A stretch of DNA of 59,151 nucleotides. It comes from Firmicutes bacterium UBA1393 (GTDB lineage: Bacteria > Bacillota > DTU025). The notes beneath the pieces were generated by a model. It saw only the letters and a list, made by a program, of their open reading frames with translations, searched no databases and had not been told where the DNA came from. Positions within the stretch are counted from its first letter, which is position 1. Each line of letters starts with the position of its first letter. The position numbers and the translations under genes were made by a program. Of the stretch, positions 49,718-59,106 are shown in pieces. The stretch spans positions 28,642 to 87,792 of the forward strand of contig DBQN01000083.1 of NCBI GenBank assembly GCA_002305255.1, given 5' to 3'.

Positions 49718-50746
49718 CTAGAGTATACCACCGCCTGCAGGTGATGCCAACTCATCCACGACTGCCGCCAGCAGGCTCACACACGCCTCGACGTCGCCGA
49801 TGTCGACAGTCTCGACCGGCGTATGCACATACCTGCAGGGGATCGAAATGGTGCCCGCAGGCACACCTTCCCGCGTGAGCTGGATCGCTCCCGCGTCAGT
49901 ACCTCCGCGCTCCAACACCTCGAGCTGGTACTTGATGCCCTGCCGCTCTGCCACATCAACCATCAGGCGCTTAAGCTTCGGATGAGCAATCAGGCTGGAG
50001 TCCTTGGCCTTGATAGCCGCACCTCCGCCCAGCACCACGTTGAACGGGGCGCACTCGGGAGTATCACCCCAGACCGTCACGTCAACCGCGATGCCCACCG
50101 ACGGATTCACTGCGTAAGCCGCCGCCTTCGCCCCGCGCAGCCCCAGCTCCTCCTGGGTCGTAAATACGTAGCAGACCTCATGCGCCACAGGCTTCGCCCT
50201 CTTCATCGCCTCGATCACCACCGCGCAGGCGATCCTGTCATCCATGGCCTTGCTGCTCACCCTGTTGCCGAGGTCGGAGAAGTCGCGGTGCATCACCGCC
50301 GCATCGCCAATGGCCACCTTCGCCTGAGCTTCGTCACGCGTGGCGGCTCCGATGTCGATGAACATCTTCTCGAACTTGAGCTCCTTGATGTCTTCTATGC
50401 GCTCGGTACCGAACACTCCGATGGTGCCGTTGCCGAACCGCACCTTCTGCCCCATGAGCACGTAGGGGTTGAGCCCGCCCACAGGCGAGAACCGGATGAA
50501 CCCCTTCTCGTCGATGTACGACACCACGATGCCGATCTCGTCCATATGCGCGGCCACCATTATGCGCTTCGGTTCTGCTCCGGCAGGCGGGGCCGACGGC
50601 TTGACGCGGCAGATCAGGCTGCCCATGACGTCGACATCGATCTGGTCGGCGTACGGTTCGACCTCCGCGCGGATCATCTCCCTCACCTGCTCCTCGGCGC
50701 CTGATGGGCCGTAGGCTTCAGTCAGTTTCTTGATGAGATCCTTCAT
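49718..50746 (-). CDS. M42-family (TET/FrvX/YsdC-like) aminopeptidase, paralogue 3
   Basis: 342 aa. Begins MKDLIKKLTEAYGPSGAEEQVR, with AAHMDEIG and DDR motifs. Confidence 0.85.
   Translation of the reverse strand: MKDLIKKLTEAYGPSGAEEQVREMIRAEVEPYADQIDVDVMGSLICRVKPSAPPAGAEPKRIMVAAHMDEIGIVVSYIDEKGFIRFSPVGGLNPYVLMGQKVRFGNGTIGVFGTERIEDIKELKFEKMFIDIGAATRDEAQAKVAIGDAAVMHRDFSDLGNRVSSKAMDDRIACAVVIEAMKRAKPVAHEVCYVFTTQEELGLRGAKAAAYAVNPSVGIAVDVTVWGDTPECAPFNVVLGGGAAIKAKDSSLIAHPKLKRLMVDVAERQGIKYQLEVLERGGTDAGAIQLTREGVPAGTISIPCRYVHTPVETVDIGDVEACVSLLAAVVDELASPAGGGIL
49722..49750 (-). promoter_or_regulatory. promoter for the SCIFF operon, inside the 3' end of the upstream M42 gene
   Basis: Minus strand reads TTGGCA (49750..49745), a 17 nt spacer, then TGG-TATACT (extended -10, 49727..49722). 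Confidence 0.55.
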
Positions 50747-51768
50747 ACAGGCAGACCCCTTTCGTCAAGGCTGTCGAGGAACAGCCCGGTGAGCTTGATG
50801 TAGTTGTTGAGGTCACTCTGGGCTATTACCGACACCGGCGAGTGTATGAACCTGCACGGCATCGACATCACGGCCACCGGCGTTCCCTGCTCCGTGAGGC
50901 CGATCTTCCCGGCATCAGTGCCGCCCGTTACCGTGCGCTTGAACTGGTATGGAATGTGCGCCGCCTCCGCGGTTTCCACCAGCCTCCGGATGATCCTCGG
51001 ATCGCCCACCCACGCCGTATCGCGGTGAACGATAACGGGGCCTGCACCAACCAGGCAAGACTGGCTGTGTTCCGGCGCCTTGGGCACATCATGCGCCGTC
51101 GTACCCTCCAGGACCAGCGCCATCTGCGGCTTCACACGATATGCCGCAACGCCCGCACCCCTGAGACCGACCTCCTCCTGCACAGTGAAGGCCGCGTAGA
51201 GATCGTAGTCTCGCTGAACCTTGAGGCTTTCGATCAGTGCCAGGCACCCGACCCTGTCATCGAAGGCCTTGCCCTTGTAATAGCCGGAGCCGAGCTCAGC
51301 GAAGTCAGTGGCGAAGGTAATCTGGTCTCCCAGCTTGACAAGCTTCTCCGCATCCTCGCGGCCGTTAGCGCCAATGTCGACGGTAAGCGCGTCGATTCCA
51401 AGGGCCTTCTCAAACTCCTCCGGCTTCATAAGGTGCACCGGCTTGGAGCCTATGACCCCGAGCCTAGACGAAGGCCCGACATACACGACCTTTGACACCA
51501 GCACCCTTGGGTCAACACCGCCGGAGGCTTCCACCTTGATGAGACCGTCGGAATCGAAACCCGCCACCATCAAGCCGACCTCGTCCATGTGGGCGGCAAT
51601 CATCACTCTCGTTCCGCCCTTGCGCCCGCGGCGAAGCGCGATAAGGTTGCCGATGGGGTCGACAGTGACCTCGTCTACAAACGACTCGATCTCCGACTTG
51701 ATGAGCTTCCTTACCTCAGCCTCCTGCCCGGAGATGCCCCGAGCCGACGTGAGCTTTTCTAGCAGCAT
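50743..51768 (-). CDS. M42-family aminopeptidase, paralogue 2
   Basis: 341 aa. Begins MLLEKLTSARGISGQEAEVR, with AAHMDEVG and DDRVG motifs. It has an ATGA overlap with the next gene. Confidence 0.85.
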   Translation of the reverse strand: MLLEKLTSARGISGQEAEVRKLIKSEIESFVDEVTVDPIGNLIALRRGRKGGTRVMIAAHMDEVGLMVAGFDSDGLIKVEASGGVDPRVLVSKVVYVGPSSRLGVIGSKPVHLMKPEEFEKALGIDALTVDIGANGREDAEKLVKLGDQITFATDFAELGSGYYKGKAFDDRVGCLALIESLKVQRDYDLYAAFTVQEEVGLRGAGVAAYRVKPQMALVLEGTTAHDVPKAPEHSQSCLVGAGPVIVHRDTAWVGDPRIIRRLVETAEAAHIPYQFKRTVTGGTDAGKIGLTEQGTPVAVMSMPCRFIHSPVSVIAQSDLNNYIKLTGLFLDSLDERGLPV

Positions 51769-52814
51769 GTCAACCCCTCCTTGAACTTGGCATCGACAGC
51801 CGCCGCGAAGTAGGCCAGTAGCTGCCCTGACTTCTTCACGTCGTCTACAGATAGGGTCTCCACCGAGGTATGCATGTATCTGAGGGGCACAGATATCAGG
51901 CCCGTGGCCACACCTGACCTCGTCACTTGCATGGCGTAGGCGTCGGTGCCACCCGGATGCGTCGTAGGCTCGACTTGATGGGTTATGTTCCGCTCCTCAG
52001 CAACTTGCTTAAGCTTCGTGTAGATCTCGGGATGCACGTGAGGGCCGAACGCAATGGCCGGTCCGCCCCCCATCTTGAGCACCTTGTGCTCCGGCAGGCC
52101 GGGCATGGACGCGTGACCCACGTCAATGGCGATGCCTATGTCGGGCATCACGCCGAAGGTCGCGGTGATCCCGCCGCCGTAGCCAACCTCCTCCTGTACC
52201 GTTGCGACGAAGTACACGTCGGCTGAGTGTTTGAGACGGGCAAGTTCGCGGGCGCACTCGTACATGACGGCCACCCCTGCCCGGTCGTCCATCGACTTGC
52301 CTGCCAGCTTGCCATTGGCCAGCTCAATGGACCGGCGATCGAAGCTTATGACGTCGCCAACCTGCACATCGCGGCGAAGCTCATCGCCCGACATTCCGCA
52401 GTCGACGACAAGATCCTCCCATTTCCAGGGCTTGTCCTTCTTCGACGGATCCTGCAGGTGCGGGGGCACCGACCCGATCACACCGTGGATGTCGCGACGG
52501 CCATGTACCGTCACTTCCATTGACGGAAGGATCCTTCGGTCGACTCCGCCCATCATCCATACCCGCAAGAACCCCTGATCCTCGATTCTCGATACTATCA
52601 TGCCTATCTCGTCCACATGGGCGGCGACCATGATCCGCGCCGACGGATGCGCCTCGCACCCACGCTTGAGCATTATCACACTGCCCAGGCTGTCGCGCTT
52701 CACATCGTCCACCAAGCCCGTGAACAATGACTCAACGACATCGGCTGCCGCGCCTTCATACCCTGTGACGCCGCGCGCATCAGCCAGGCTCTGTAGAGCC
52801 TGCTTCGTGTCCAT
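51759..52814 (-). CDS. M42-family aminopeptidase, paralogue 1
   Basis: The start was moved to MDTKQALQSLADARGVTGYEG (ATG 52814, SD AAAGGGGA). It carries AAHVDEIG and DDRAG motifs. Confidence 0.85.
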   Translation of the reverse strand: MDTKQALQSLADARGVTGYEGAAADVVESLFTGLVDDVKRDSLGSVIMLKRGCEAHPSARIMVAAHVDEIGMIVSRIEDQGFLRVWMMGGVDRRILPSMEVTVHGRRDIHGVIGSVPPHLQDPSKKDKPWKWEDLVVDCGMSGDELRRDVQVGDVISFDRRSIELANGKLAGKSMDDRAGVAVMYECARELARLKHSADVYFVATVQEEVGYGGGITATFGVMPDIGIAIDVGHASMPGLPEHKVLKMGGGPAIAFGPHVHPEIYTKLKQVAEERNITHQVEPTTHPGGTDAYAMQVTRSGVATGLISVPLRYMHTSVETLSVDDVKKSGQLLAYFAAAVDAKFKEGLTCC

Positions 52815-52918
52815 GACTCGTCCCCTTTCAACGCCACGACTGTGACCGCGCCAGATACACACCTGGCCGGCATCGAGCACATGCATATGGTATTCGCCGC
52901 CCAAGTTTTCCTTCCTGC

Positions 52919-53821
52919 CTAGGTCCGGCGGACGCGTGCGCGCAACCGCTTGAGCTTCAGGCTCCTCTGAATCTCCGGAATCGCGGCTCTGGCTGCGCGG
53001 CGCCCCTCCTCGATGTACTCCGGTATACTGTGTACGTCTGTGAGCACCGCCCCCTCGACCCTTGGGGCGATCACTACATGCGCGTACTCGTGAAGGACGT
53101 AATCTGACACCTCTTCGCCCAGAATGTCGAGGGACTGAGTGACGACTGTGGGCAGGTCCATGCTCTCAGGCGGCTCTTCCTTGGTGTATCCTAGGTCGAC
53201 GGCGATGATGAAGTCACATCCTGCATCCGCGAGCACGCGGGCGGGGACCGGCTCGCGCACTGCGCCGTCCACGAGCTGACGGCCTTGCCATTGCTTCCAG
53301 GCGAACACCCCCGGTATGGAGCACGATGCCCGCACTGCGTCGACCACTCTGGCATTGCAGTACACAGTCCGCTTGAACCTGGACGCGCTCACCGGGACAC
53401 TGGTGAACACCACTTTGTCGCCGTTGGCGGCGTCCACCGACACTACAGCACAGTCCATCAGAAGATCTGTCATGAGCGCGTTGCCAAATACCTTCTCCAG
53501 CAGGCCCTCGAACTTGACCCCCTTGATTAGGCCTTTGGGCAGGCGGCGCCGGGGCCCAAACAACAGCAGGAAGAGGGGCATCGCCAGCAGAGCGAGGGAT
53601 GAGTATATCGGGTCGATCATGTCCTTCGCGGTGACGCCTAGTGCAATCTTCTCCATCTCTCTCACTGTCAAACCCAGCGCGTACATGGTGGCGACTATGC
53701 TGCCGGCACTGGAGCCGGCAACCATGTCAGGGCGAATTCCAGCGCGCTCCAGCTCCATCAAGACGCCGATATGCGCGGCGCCCCGCAGCCCACCTGAACC
53801 AAGGGCAAGACCAACTCTCAT
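52919..53821 (-). CDS. patatin-like phospholipase
   Basis: The start was moved to MRVGLALGSGGLRGAAHIGV (oxyanion GGxRG). The nucleophile motif is GSSAG and a DGA/DGG motif lies later. Confidence 0.85.
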   Translation of the reverse strand: MRVGLALGSGGLRGAAHIGVLMELERAGIRPDMVAGSSAGSIVATMYALGLTVREMEKIALGVTAKDMIDPIYSSLALLAMPLFLLLFGPRRRLPKGLIKGVKFEGLLEKVFGNALMTDLLMDCAVVSVDAANGDKVVFTSVPVSASRFKRTVYCNARVVDAVRASCSIPGVFAWKQWQGRQLVDGAVREPVPARVLADAGCDFIIAVDLGYTKEEPPESMDLPTVVTQSLDILGEEVSDYVLHEYAHVVIAPRVEGAVLTDVHSIPEYIEEGRRAARAAIPEIQRSLKLKRLRARVRRT

Positions 53822-53982
53822 GACCAGTCCGCACCTCCGTGCTGCCCGCAACCAGCTCGCGGCATGGCGCACTTCGCGTCGCAGACCATCATATGCCGCA
53901 GGTGGCGATAGGTACATGGGCGGCGCGCCCGTGTCAGGCTGCCCGGCGCCACCAGGGGTCCGCTGTGTGCGGCCCGGACGAC

Positions 53983-54013
53983 AAAAAAGAAGGCAGCCAG
54001 TTCGGCTGCCTTC
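53983..54013 (-). terminator. rho-independent terminator after tRNA-Leu
   Basis: Stem GAAGGCAGCC/GGCTGCCTTC (53989..54013), followed on the minus strand by UUUUUU. An A-run on the other side makes it potentially bidirectional. Confidence 0.7.
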
Positions 54014-54021
54014 CGAAAAAG

Positions 54022-54106
54022 TGGTGCCCGGGACGAGACTTGAACTCGTATGGTGTTAACCACACGCCCCTCAAACGTGCGCGTCTGCCAGTTCCGCCAC
54101 CCGGGC
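54022..54106 (-). tRNA. tRNA-Leu (anticodon GAG), CCA encoded
   Basis: The 85 nt sequence GCCCGGGTGGCGGAACTGGCAGACGCGCACGTTTGAGGGGCGTGTGGTTAACACCATACGAGTTCAAGTCTCGTCCCGGGCACCA. It has a 7 bp acceptor stem, a long variable arm (GTGGT-TAAC-ACCAT) and the anticodon loop UUGAGGG. Confidence 0.9.
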
Positions 54107-54141
54107 ACACATCTGAAGCGATATTGCTCTGTGCATTTTGT

Positions 54142-54171
54142 ATTATAAGGCGGTCCCTGCGCCGATGTCAA
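54142..54171 (-). promoter_or_regulatory. consensus sigma-A promoter for tRNA-Leu
   Basis: Minus strand reads TTGACA (54171..54166), an 18 nt spacer, then TATAAT (54147..54142). Confidence 0.6.
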
Positions 54172-54237
54172 GCACCCTACGCTACAGCGTCGGCCTTCCT
54201 CCTCGCTGCTGGCAATATCACCTGTCCCAGTTACTGG

Positions 54238-54266
54238 TTTACAACTATTGCCTCTCTTGGTATGAT
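54238..54266 (+). promoter_or_regulatory. candidate promoter for the IS1595-like gene
   Basis: TTTACA (54238..54243), a 17 nt spacer, then TATGAT (54261..54266), divergent from the tRNA-Leu promoter. Confidence 0.45.
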
Positions 54267-54301
54267 CCAGTACAACGCTCGACCTGAAAGGACTGGTGTT
54301 A

Positions 54302-55363
54302 ATGCTCCCCGCATTGATGATCCAAGCCACCCTGAGGCCTCCCCCCGGCACACACAGGCCACCCGGTGAGAAGATCGCCGCTCTCAAAGAGACTCCCTCC
54401 GCGCAAGCACTCCAGTCCGCCGTCACCATTCCCGAACAGGCTCTCTACGTGGGAGAGGTCCGCGATGCCGTGATGCCACGAGGTCCGCTGTGCCCCCGTT
54501 GCGGCAGCACCGACATCGTCCGCTTCGGCAAGCGTCGCGGGGTACAGCGCTACAGGTGCAAGGCATGCGGGCGTACCTTCACCGACTTCACCGGCACCGT
54601 CCTGCACGGTCTGCGCCGCCGTGCCCTTTGGCTCGACTTCTGCAGGTGCCTGATGGAGGGACTGTCCGCCAGGGAAACCGCTGCTGAGCTTGGCATATCA
54701 AAGAACACTTCCTTCGCCTGGAGGCACCGGGCGATATCCGCCCTCGCCCACGCCGATTCGACGGTCGTGTGCAAGGGTATCGTCGAGCTGGGGCAGCTTC
54801 CCGTGCTACGTTCGTTCAAGGGATCCCAACCGCCGGCCGAGGCGCACATGTGGAGCGTGAAGTCATCTGTCCGCCGCTGCCACCGCGTCTACAGTCGCCT
54901 CATACCCCGATCGCGGCTCCTTACCCTGGTAGTCGCTGTCGACCGCTCCGGCCGGGCCCGGGCCGTGGTGGCCTCCCGCGGTGAGGTCCTGACGCCGACG
55001 CTGTCGGACATCGTTCAGAGCTCCGCAGAGCTTTGCGTCCCTCGCTTCGGGAGTCGCTTTCGCTTTGGAGCGGGCTGGACCGGGGGAATCAAGTGGATCG
55101 GCGCGTCAGGCGAAGCTGCCGCTCGGGCCAGCGGGGCCAAAAGTGGCCCGCTGTACCACGTGAGGAACGCGAACCGCCTCATCCACTACTTCATTGAGTG
55201 GATGAGGCGGTTCTGCGGCGTGGCCACAAAGTACCTGCTGAGGTATTTCGCCTGGTATCTTCGCTGGGCACCCCTTGCCGCGGTAAGCTCAAGAGTCGCT
55301 GCGAGACTCCTGTTCTTCGAAGTGTTGGGCAGCGGATCCATGACTATCCGTAAGGAAGGCTAG
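54302..55363 (+). CDS. IS1595/ISXO2-like transposase homologue, apparently degenerate in the catalytic region
   Basis: Zinc ribbon CPRCGSTDIVRFGKRRGVQRYRCKACGRTF, then an HTH (LSARETAAELGISKNTSFAWRHR), then a DDE-like body. ATG 54302 has the SD GAAAGGA 9 nt upstream. No terminal inverted repeats were identified by eye. Confidence 0.55.
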   Translation: MLPALMIQATLRPPPGTHRPPGEKIAALKETPSAQALQSAVTIPEQALYVGEVRDAVMPRGPLCPRCGSTDIVRFGKRRGVQRYRCKACGRTFTDFTGTVLHGLRRRALWLDFCRCLMEGLSARETAAELGISKNTSFAWRHRAISALAHADSTVVCKGIVELGQLPVLRSFKGSQPPAEAHMWSVKSSVRRCHRVYSRLIPRSRLLTLVVAVDRSGRARAVVASRGEVLTPTLSDIVQSSAELCVPRFGSRFRFGAGWTGGIKWIGASGEAAARASGAKSGPLYHVRNANRLIHYFIEWMRRFCGVATKYLLRYFAWYLRWAPLAAVSSRVAARLLFFEVLGSGSMTIRKEG

Positions 55364-55577
55364 GCCTCGCGCACCATACGACCATCAACCCTCAACTGCA
55401 ACAGGTGATACGGGCTCACGCACGGCGCGGGCACTCGCCGCGGGTCCGCCCTCCATCCGGCCCGACCGCCAAAGTGCCGCCATCGCAAGTACCGGTCAGA
55501 CCGCCCACTTTAGCAGGGAACAGGCAACCGATACAGAAGAACAACTGCACGGATCACATCGGAGGAGTGAACTGAAC

Positions 55578-56795
55578 ATGCAGACACCTGCCATGCACTG
55601 CGCCGGGCTTGTACGCCTCGATACGCCTACCGGAGTCGTAGACATCGACCGTCACGCTCTCCCAAAGGCGGCCGCATCGGTGTTCTTCTCCTCAGGCGCA
55701 GCCATCACCACGTTCCCGGCCGAAGTGAAGCGCATAGCAGCCGGCGGAGCCGTCATGCTCGTCGCCGGGGCCTCGAGTTCGCGCACTCCCGCCATCGCCC
55801 GGGCCATCGAGGCGCTGCGCGACGCGGTGTCACCGGCGTCCATTTATATGCTCCAAGGGGTCTCGGATGCCGGCGTCATCGCGCGCGGCGTCAAGCTCGC
55901 CCTGGATTACGACATAACGACGGTGGCGATGATCGGAGGCGGCACCACCATCGACGTTGGCAAAGCCATAGCGGCCCTTGCCCGCCAACCCGACTCCGCC
56001 CCCACTTCCGAGTCAGTATTGCGCTTCACCCTCGGCGAACTCACGATCGATCCCGGTGCCTCTCTGAGCTGGTGCGCGATGCCTACCACCACAGGCACCG
56101 GAAGCGAGAGCACCTGGAACTCCGTGCTCGAAGAGGGTGAGGTCAAGCTGAGCCTCAAGGGCGTGCCGCCGGCCTCACTCATAGTCACCGACCCCGACCT
56201 GCTGGAAGGGCTCGATCCCCGTCCCCGCAACGTAGCCGCGGCCGATGCCCTGTCTCAGGCGCTGGAGACCGTATGCTCGGGCCACACTTCTGAACCCGGG
56301 GTAGAACTGGCCATCTGCGCCGTGAACCACCTGTCTTACGGCATCAGAACCATGGACACCGATCCCGGCGTCTCCCGCCGCCATCTGGCCTGGGGCAGCT
56401 TGCTGATGGGAGTAGCGTTTGCCCATGGCCGTCTCGGACTCCCGCACGCCCTCAGCCACTACTGCCTGAAGTACGGGCTCAGCCATGGGAACATGGTTGG
56501 GGCGCTGACCGGGTCCGGCCTGAGGGTGCAGTCCAGGGATGCAGGCGTGCGGGCGCGCCTCGAACGCCTGGCACAGGCTGTGAATGTGCAGGATTGCGTC
56601 GCCTGGGCCGAGGCCCTCGTATCCGGCCTGTTCTCTGCCGTCGGTCTGCCTGCCACGTTGGCCGAGGCAGGCCTCACCACCGCCGACTTCGAGTGGATAG
56701 TGCCGCGTGAGATGGAGCTGGCGCCGCAGATAGGAGTGCCTCCACGCCTCGCCACGCCTGACGAGCTCATGGAGGCACTGGAAGGATCAAGATAG
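55578..56795 (+). CDS. iron-containing (group III) alcohol dehydrogenase family protein
   Basis: 405 aa with SD GGAGGAG and a GGGTTIDVGKA motif. The His-rich metal site region reads FAHGRLGLPHALSHY. Confidence 0.75.
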   Translation: MQTPAMHCAGLVRLDTPTGVVDIDRHALPKAAASVFFSSGAAITTFPAEVKRIAAGGAVMLVAGASSSRTPAIARAIEALRDAVSPASIYMLQGVSDAGVIARGVKLALDYDITTVAMIGGGTTIDVGKAIAALARQPDSAPTSESVLRFTLGELTIDPGASLSWCAMPTTTGTGSESTWNSVLEEGEVKLSLKGVPPASLIVTDPDLLEGLDPRPRNVAAADALSQALETVCSGHTSEPGVELAICAVNHLSYGIRTMDTDPGVSRRHLAWGSLLMGVAFAHGRLGLPHALSHYCLKYGLSHGNMVGALTGSGLRVQSRDAGVRARLERLAQAVNVQDCVAWAEALVSGLFSAVGLPATLAEAGLTTADFEWIVPREMELAPQIGVPPRLATPDELMEALEGSR

Positions 56796-57878
56796 GGCCT
56801 GTAACTTAGCGTTGGGTGTAATGCCGGGGATTCGCCCCCGCTTCGCGATGGGGCGACCCTCGATCTCCTTGATGTCCATAGTCATGTCAATGGGTGTTGC
56901 CCCAGAGATGTAGCTCCCCACGCCGAAGGAGTCGGCGCCGGCAGCTGCCAGAATCCCTATCCTCTCCGGGGTGACTCCGCCTGACACGAAGATCTTCACG
57001 TGGCTGTGGCCGGCCTGATCAAGCCTGGCCCGGATCTCTCTCACGAGGTCGGGCGTGACTCCCCCACGCTCTCCGGGAGTGTCGAGGCGTACTCCCTGGA
57101 GTCTCTTGCCCATGGCCTGGGCCAGGCGCAAGGTCTCTTCGGCCTCATCTTTGAACGTATCCACAAGCACTATTCTGGCATCTTCGGGTCCCATCAAAGC
57201 GTCGTATTCCTGGGCAACCCGCACTGTATCGCCGGCGATCAGGAACACCGCATGGGGCACCGTGCCCCTGGGCTCGAGGCCCGACAGCTTCGCTCCGAGG
57301 ATGCAGCTCGCCCCGTCAGCGCCACCCACCACGGCCGCGCGCTCCATCACAGGCGCCACCGCCGGGTGCACGTGACGTGCCCCGAAACATATGAAGGGCT
57401 TGTTCCCCGCCGCCTGTCTCACCTCGCGTGCGGCAGTCGCCCACCCGCAGGAACTAGCGAGGATGCCGAGGAGCGCGGTCTCGTAAACGCCGAACTCAGA
57501 ATACTTGCCGACAATCCTCATCAGAGGGTCTTTTGCCTCAAACGTGTCTCCCTCGCGTATTGCCCATATGCGGACTCCTGTCGGTTTGAGCAGGCCCAGG
57601 CACTCAGGCAACCCCGCGAACACACCGGGGCGTCGCGCGAAGATCTCGGCGGTGACTACGGTGTCAGCGAGTCCCATAGAGTCGAGGATCTCCCTGGTCT
57701 TCACGAAATACACATCAGTGGTGTAGCCCTGGATTATCTCGGCATGGGTCGCAGAATAGAGTATGCGGCCTGGCTCCACCTGAAAATCAGCTACTTGAGA
57801 CATCCTCGACAACTTGTACTTGGAGTTCAACAATGAGGCACCCCCATACCATTTCAAGACTACGCCGCCGGCGCTCAT
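56787..57878 (-). CDS. nicotinate phosphoribosyltransferase (archaeal/short type)
   Basis: Type II PRTase pattern (TDVYFVKTREIL...). The start was set to ATG 57878, which shares a TGATG overlap with the SLT stop. Confidence 0.75.
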   Translation of the reverse strand: MSAGGVVLKWYGGASLLNSKYKLSRMSQVADFQVEPGRILYSATHAEIIQGYTTDVYFVKTREILDSMGLADTVVTAEIFARRPGVFAGLPECLGLLKPTGVRIWAIREGDTFEAKDPLMRIVGKYSEFGVYETALLGILASSCGWATAAREVRQAAGNKPFICFGARHVHPAVAPVMERAAVVGGADGASCILGAKLSGLEPRGTVPHAVFLIAGDTVRVAQEYDALMGPEDARIVLVDTFKDEAEETLRLAQAMGKRLQGVRLDTPGERGGVTPDLVREIRARLDQAGHSHVKIFVSGGVTPERIGILAAAGADSFGVGSYISGATPIDMTMDIKEIEGRPIAKRGRIPGITPNAKLQALS

Positions 57879-58465
57879 CACTTGCCCGACGGAAAACGCC
57901 CCGCATAGATCGACACGTACGCGCGATGCGCCTGTGTAACTCGGCGCACATACTCGGCAGTCTCGGCAAACGGGATCGAACTCAGCTCGGAGAGCTTACC
58001 TGACCAGCGACCTTCTGAGAGCCACCGGTCTACATTGGACGGCCCTCCGTTGTACGCGGCGAGGGCGATTACCACGTCGCCCCTGTACTGGTCTATCAAC
58101 CGTCGCAGGTACCACGATCCGATTCGGATGTTTGTGGCGGGCTCCCTGAGCAGACTCTCGGAGTAAGGCTCTATCCCCAACTGCGCTGCGGCCCAGCGCC
58201 CGGTGTCGGGCATTATCTGCATCAGCCCCTGTGCGCCCCTGGATGACACCACACTCGGCCGAAACCGACTCTCAGTTCGTATCACCGCTGCGACTATGAA
58301 CGGATCCAGACCCTCCTGCTTCGCCGCAGTAGCGATCATGCCGGCGTAGTGTATCGGATAGAGCAGCTGCCGAAACCGACTCGACCCAAAGGCCACCCAC
58401 ACGACGACCGCCCACAAGGCCACAACAACAAGAAGCTTGATGAACTGCCAGCCCGCTCGGCGCAT
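57878..58465 (-). CDS. lytic transglycosylase (SLT domain), membrane anchored
   Basis: Contains IRTESRFRPSVVSSRGAQGLMQIMP and AAYNGGPSNV motifs. The start was set to ATG 58465, sharing a TGATG overlap with the coaE stop. Confidence 0.85.
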   Translation of the reverse strand: MRRAGWQFIKLLVVVALWAVVVWVAFGSSRFRQLLYPIHYAGMIATAAKQEGLDPFIVAAVIRTESRFRPSVVSSRGAQGLMQIMPDTGRWAAAQLGIEPYSESLLREPATNIRIGSWYLRRLIDQYRGDVVIALAAYNGGPSNVDRWLSEGRWSGKLSELSSIPFAETAEYVRRVTQAHRAYVSIYAGRFPSGK

Positions 58466-59106
58466 CACTTCACTCCGTGTCCGTTCATCATCTGATCCCA
58501 CACGACCCGCACCTGAGCCATGGTCTGGTCAAGCGAGTGCTCGGTGTGGACCACGAAGTCAGCTCTGTGCGCGATTGCCTCAGGATCAACCTGGGAATGC
58601 AGTCGAGCCGCGGCGGCCTCTGGAGTGATCTGATCCCTCTCCACGAGCCTCGCAACTGACACATCGTCACCGGCCACGACCAGGACCACATAGTCCACCA
58701 GTCTGTCGAGGCCCGCCTCGAAGAGCACTGCAGCGTCAATCACTGCCGCCGCCGGCTGCGGGCGCTCCGCCGCCACGCGGTCAAGCCACGCCCTGACCTG
58801 TTCTACGATGACCGGATGGGTGATGCTGTTGAGCCTGTGCAGCTGTGCTGGATCGGAAAACACCACGGCCCCGAGGCGTCGACGGTCAAGGCTGCCATCA
58901 GGCAGCATGTAGTCGGATCCGAACTCGGCGAACACGTGGCCCAACGTATCAGATCCCACCGACAACACCGCGCGCCCAACCTGGTCGACATCGAGAGTCA
59001 CGGCACCAAGCGACTCAAACATCTTGCTCACAGTGGTCTTGCCCACGCCGCTCCGGCCGACGATTCCGATGACGACCACGCGCCACACCCCCACACCGCT
59101 AATCAT
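58465..59106 (-). CDS. coaE: dephospho-CoA kinase
   Basis: P-loop IGIVGRSGVGKTT. The start is uncertain: ATG 59106 or TTG 59130. Confidence 0.85.
   Translation of the reverse strand: MISGVGVWRVVVIGIVGRSGVGKTTVSKMFESLGAVTLDVDQVGRAVLSVGSDTLGHVFAEFGSDYMLPDGSLDRRRLGAVVFSDPAQLHRLNSITHPVIVEQVRAWLDRVAAERPQPAAAVIDAAVLFEAGLDRLVDYVVLVVAGDDVSVARLVERDQITPEAAAARLHSQVDPEAIAHRADFVVHTEHSLDQTMAQVRVVWDQMMNGHGVK

Noticed and set aside
49823-50704. 293 aa ORF on the + strand (similar + strand ORFs lie across 50842..51495 and 51927..52578)
   Set aside because: These are antisense to the three M42 peptidase genes, which have clear family motifs on the minus strand.
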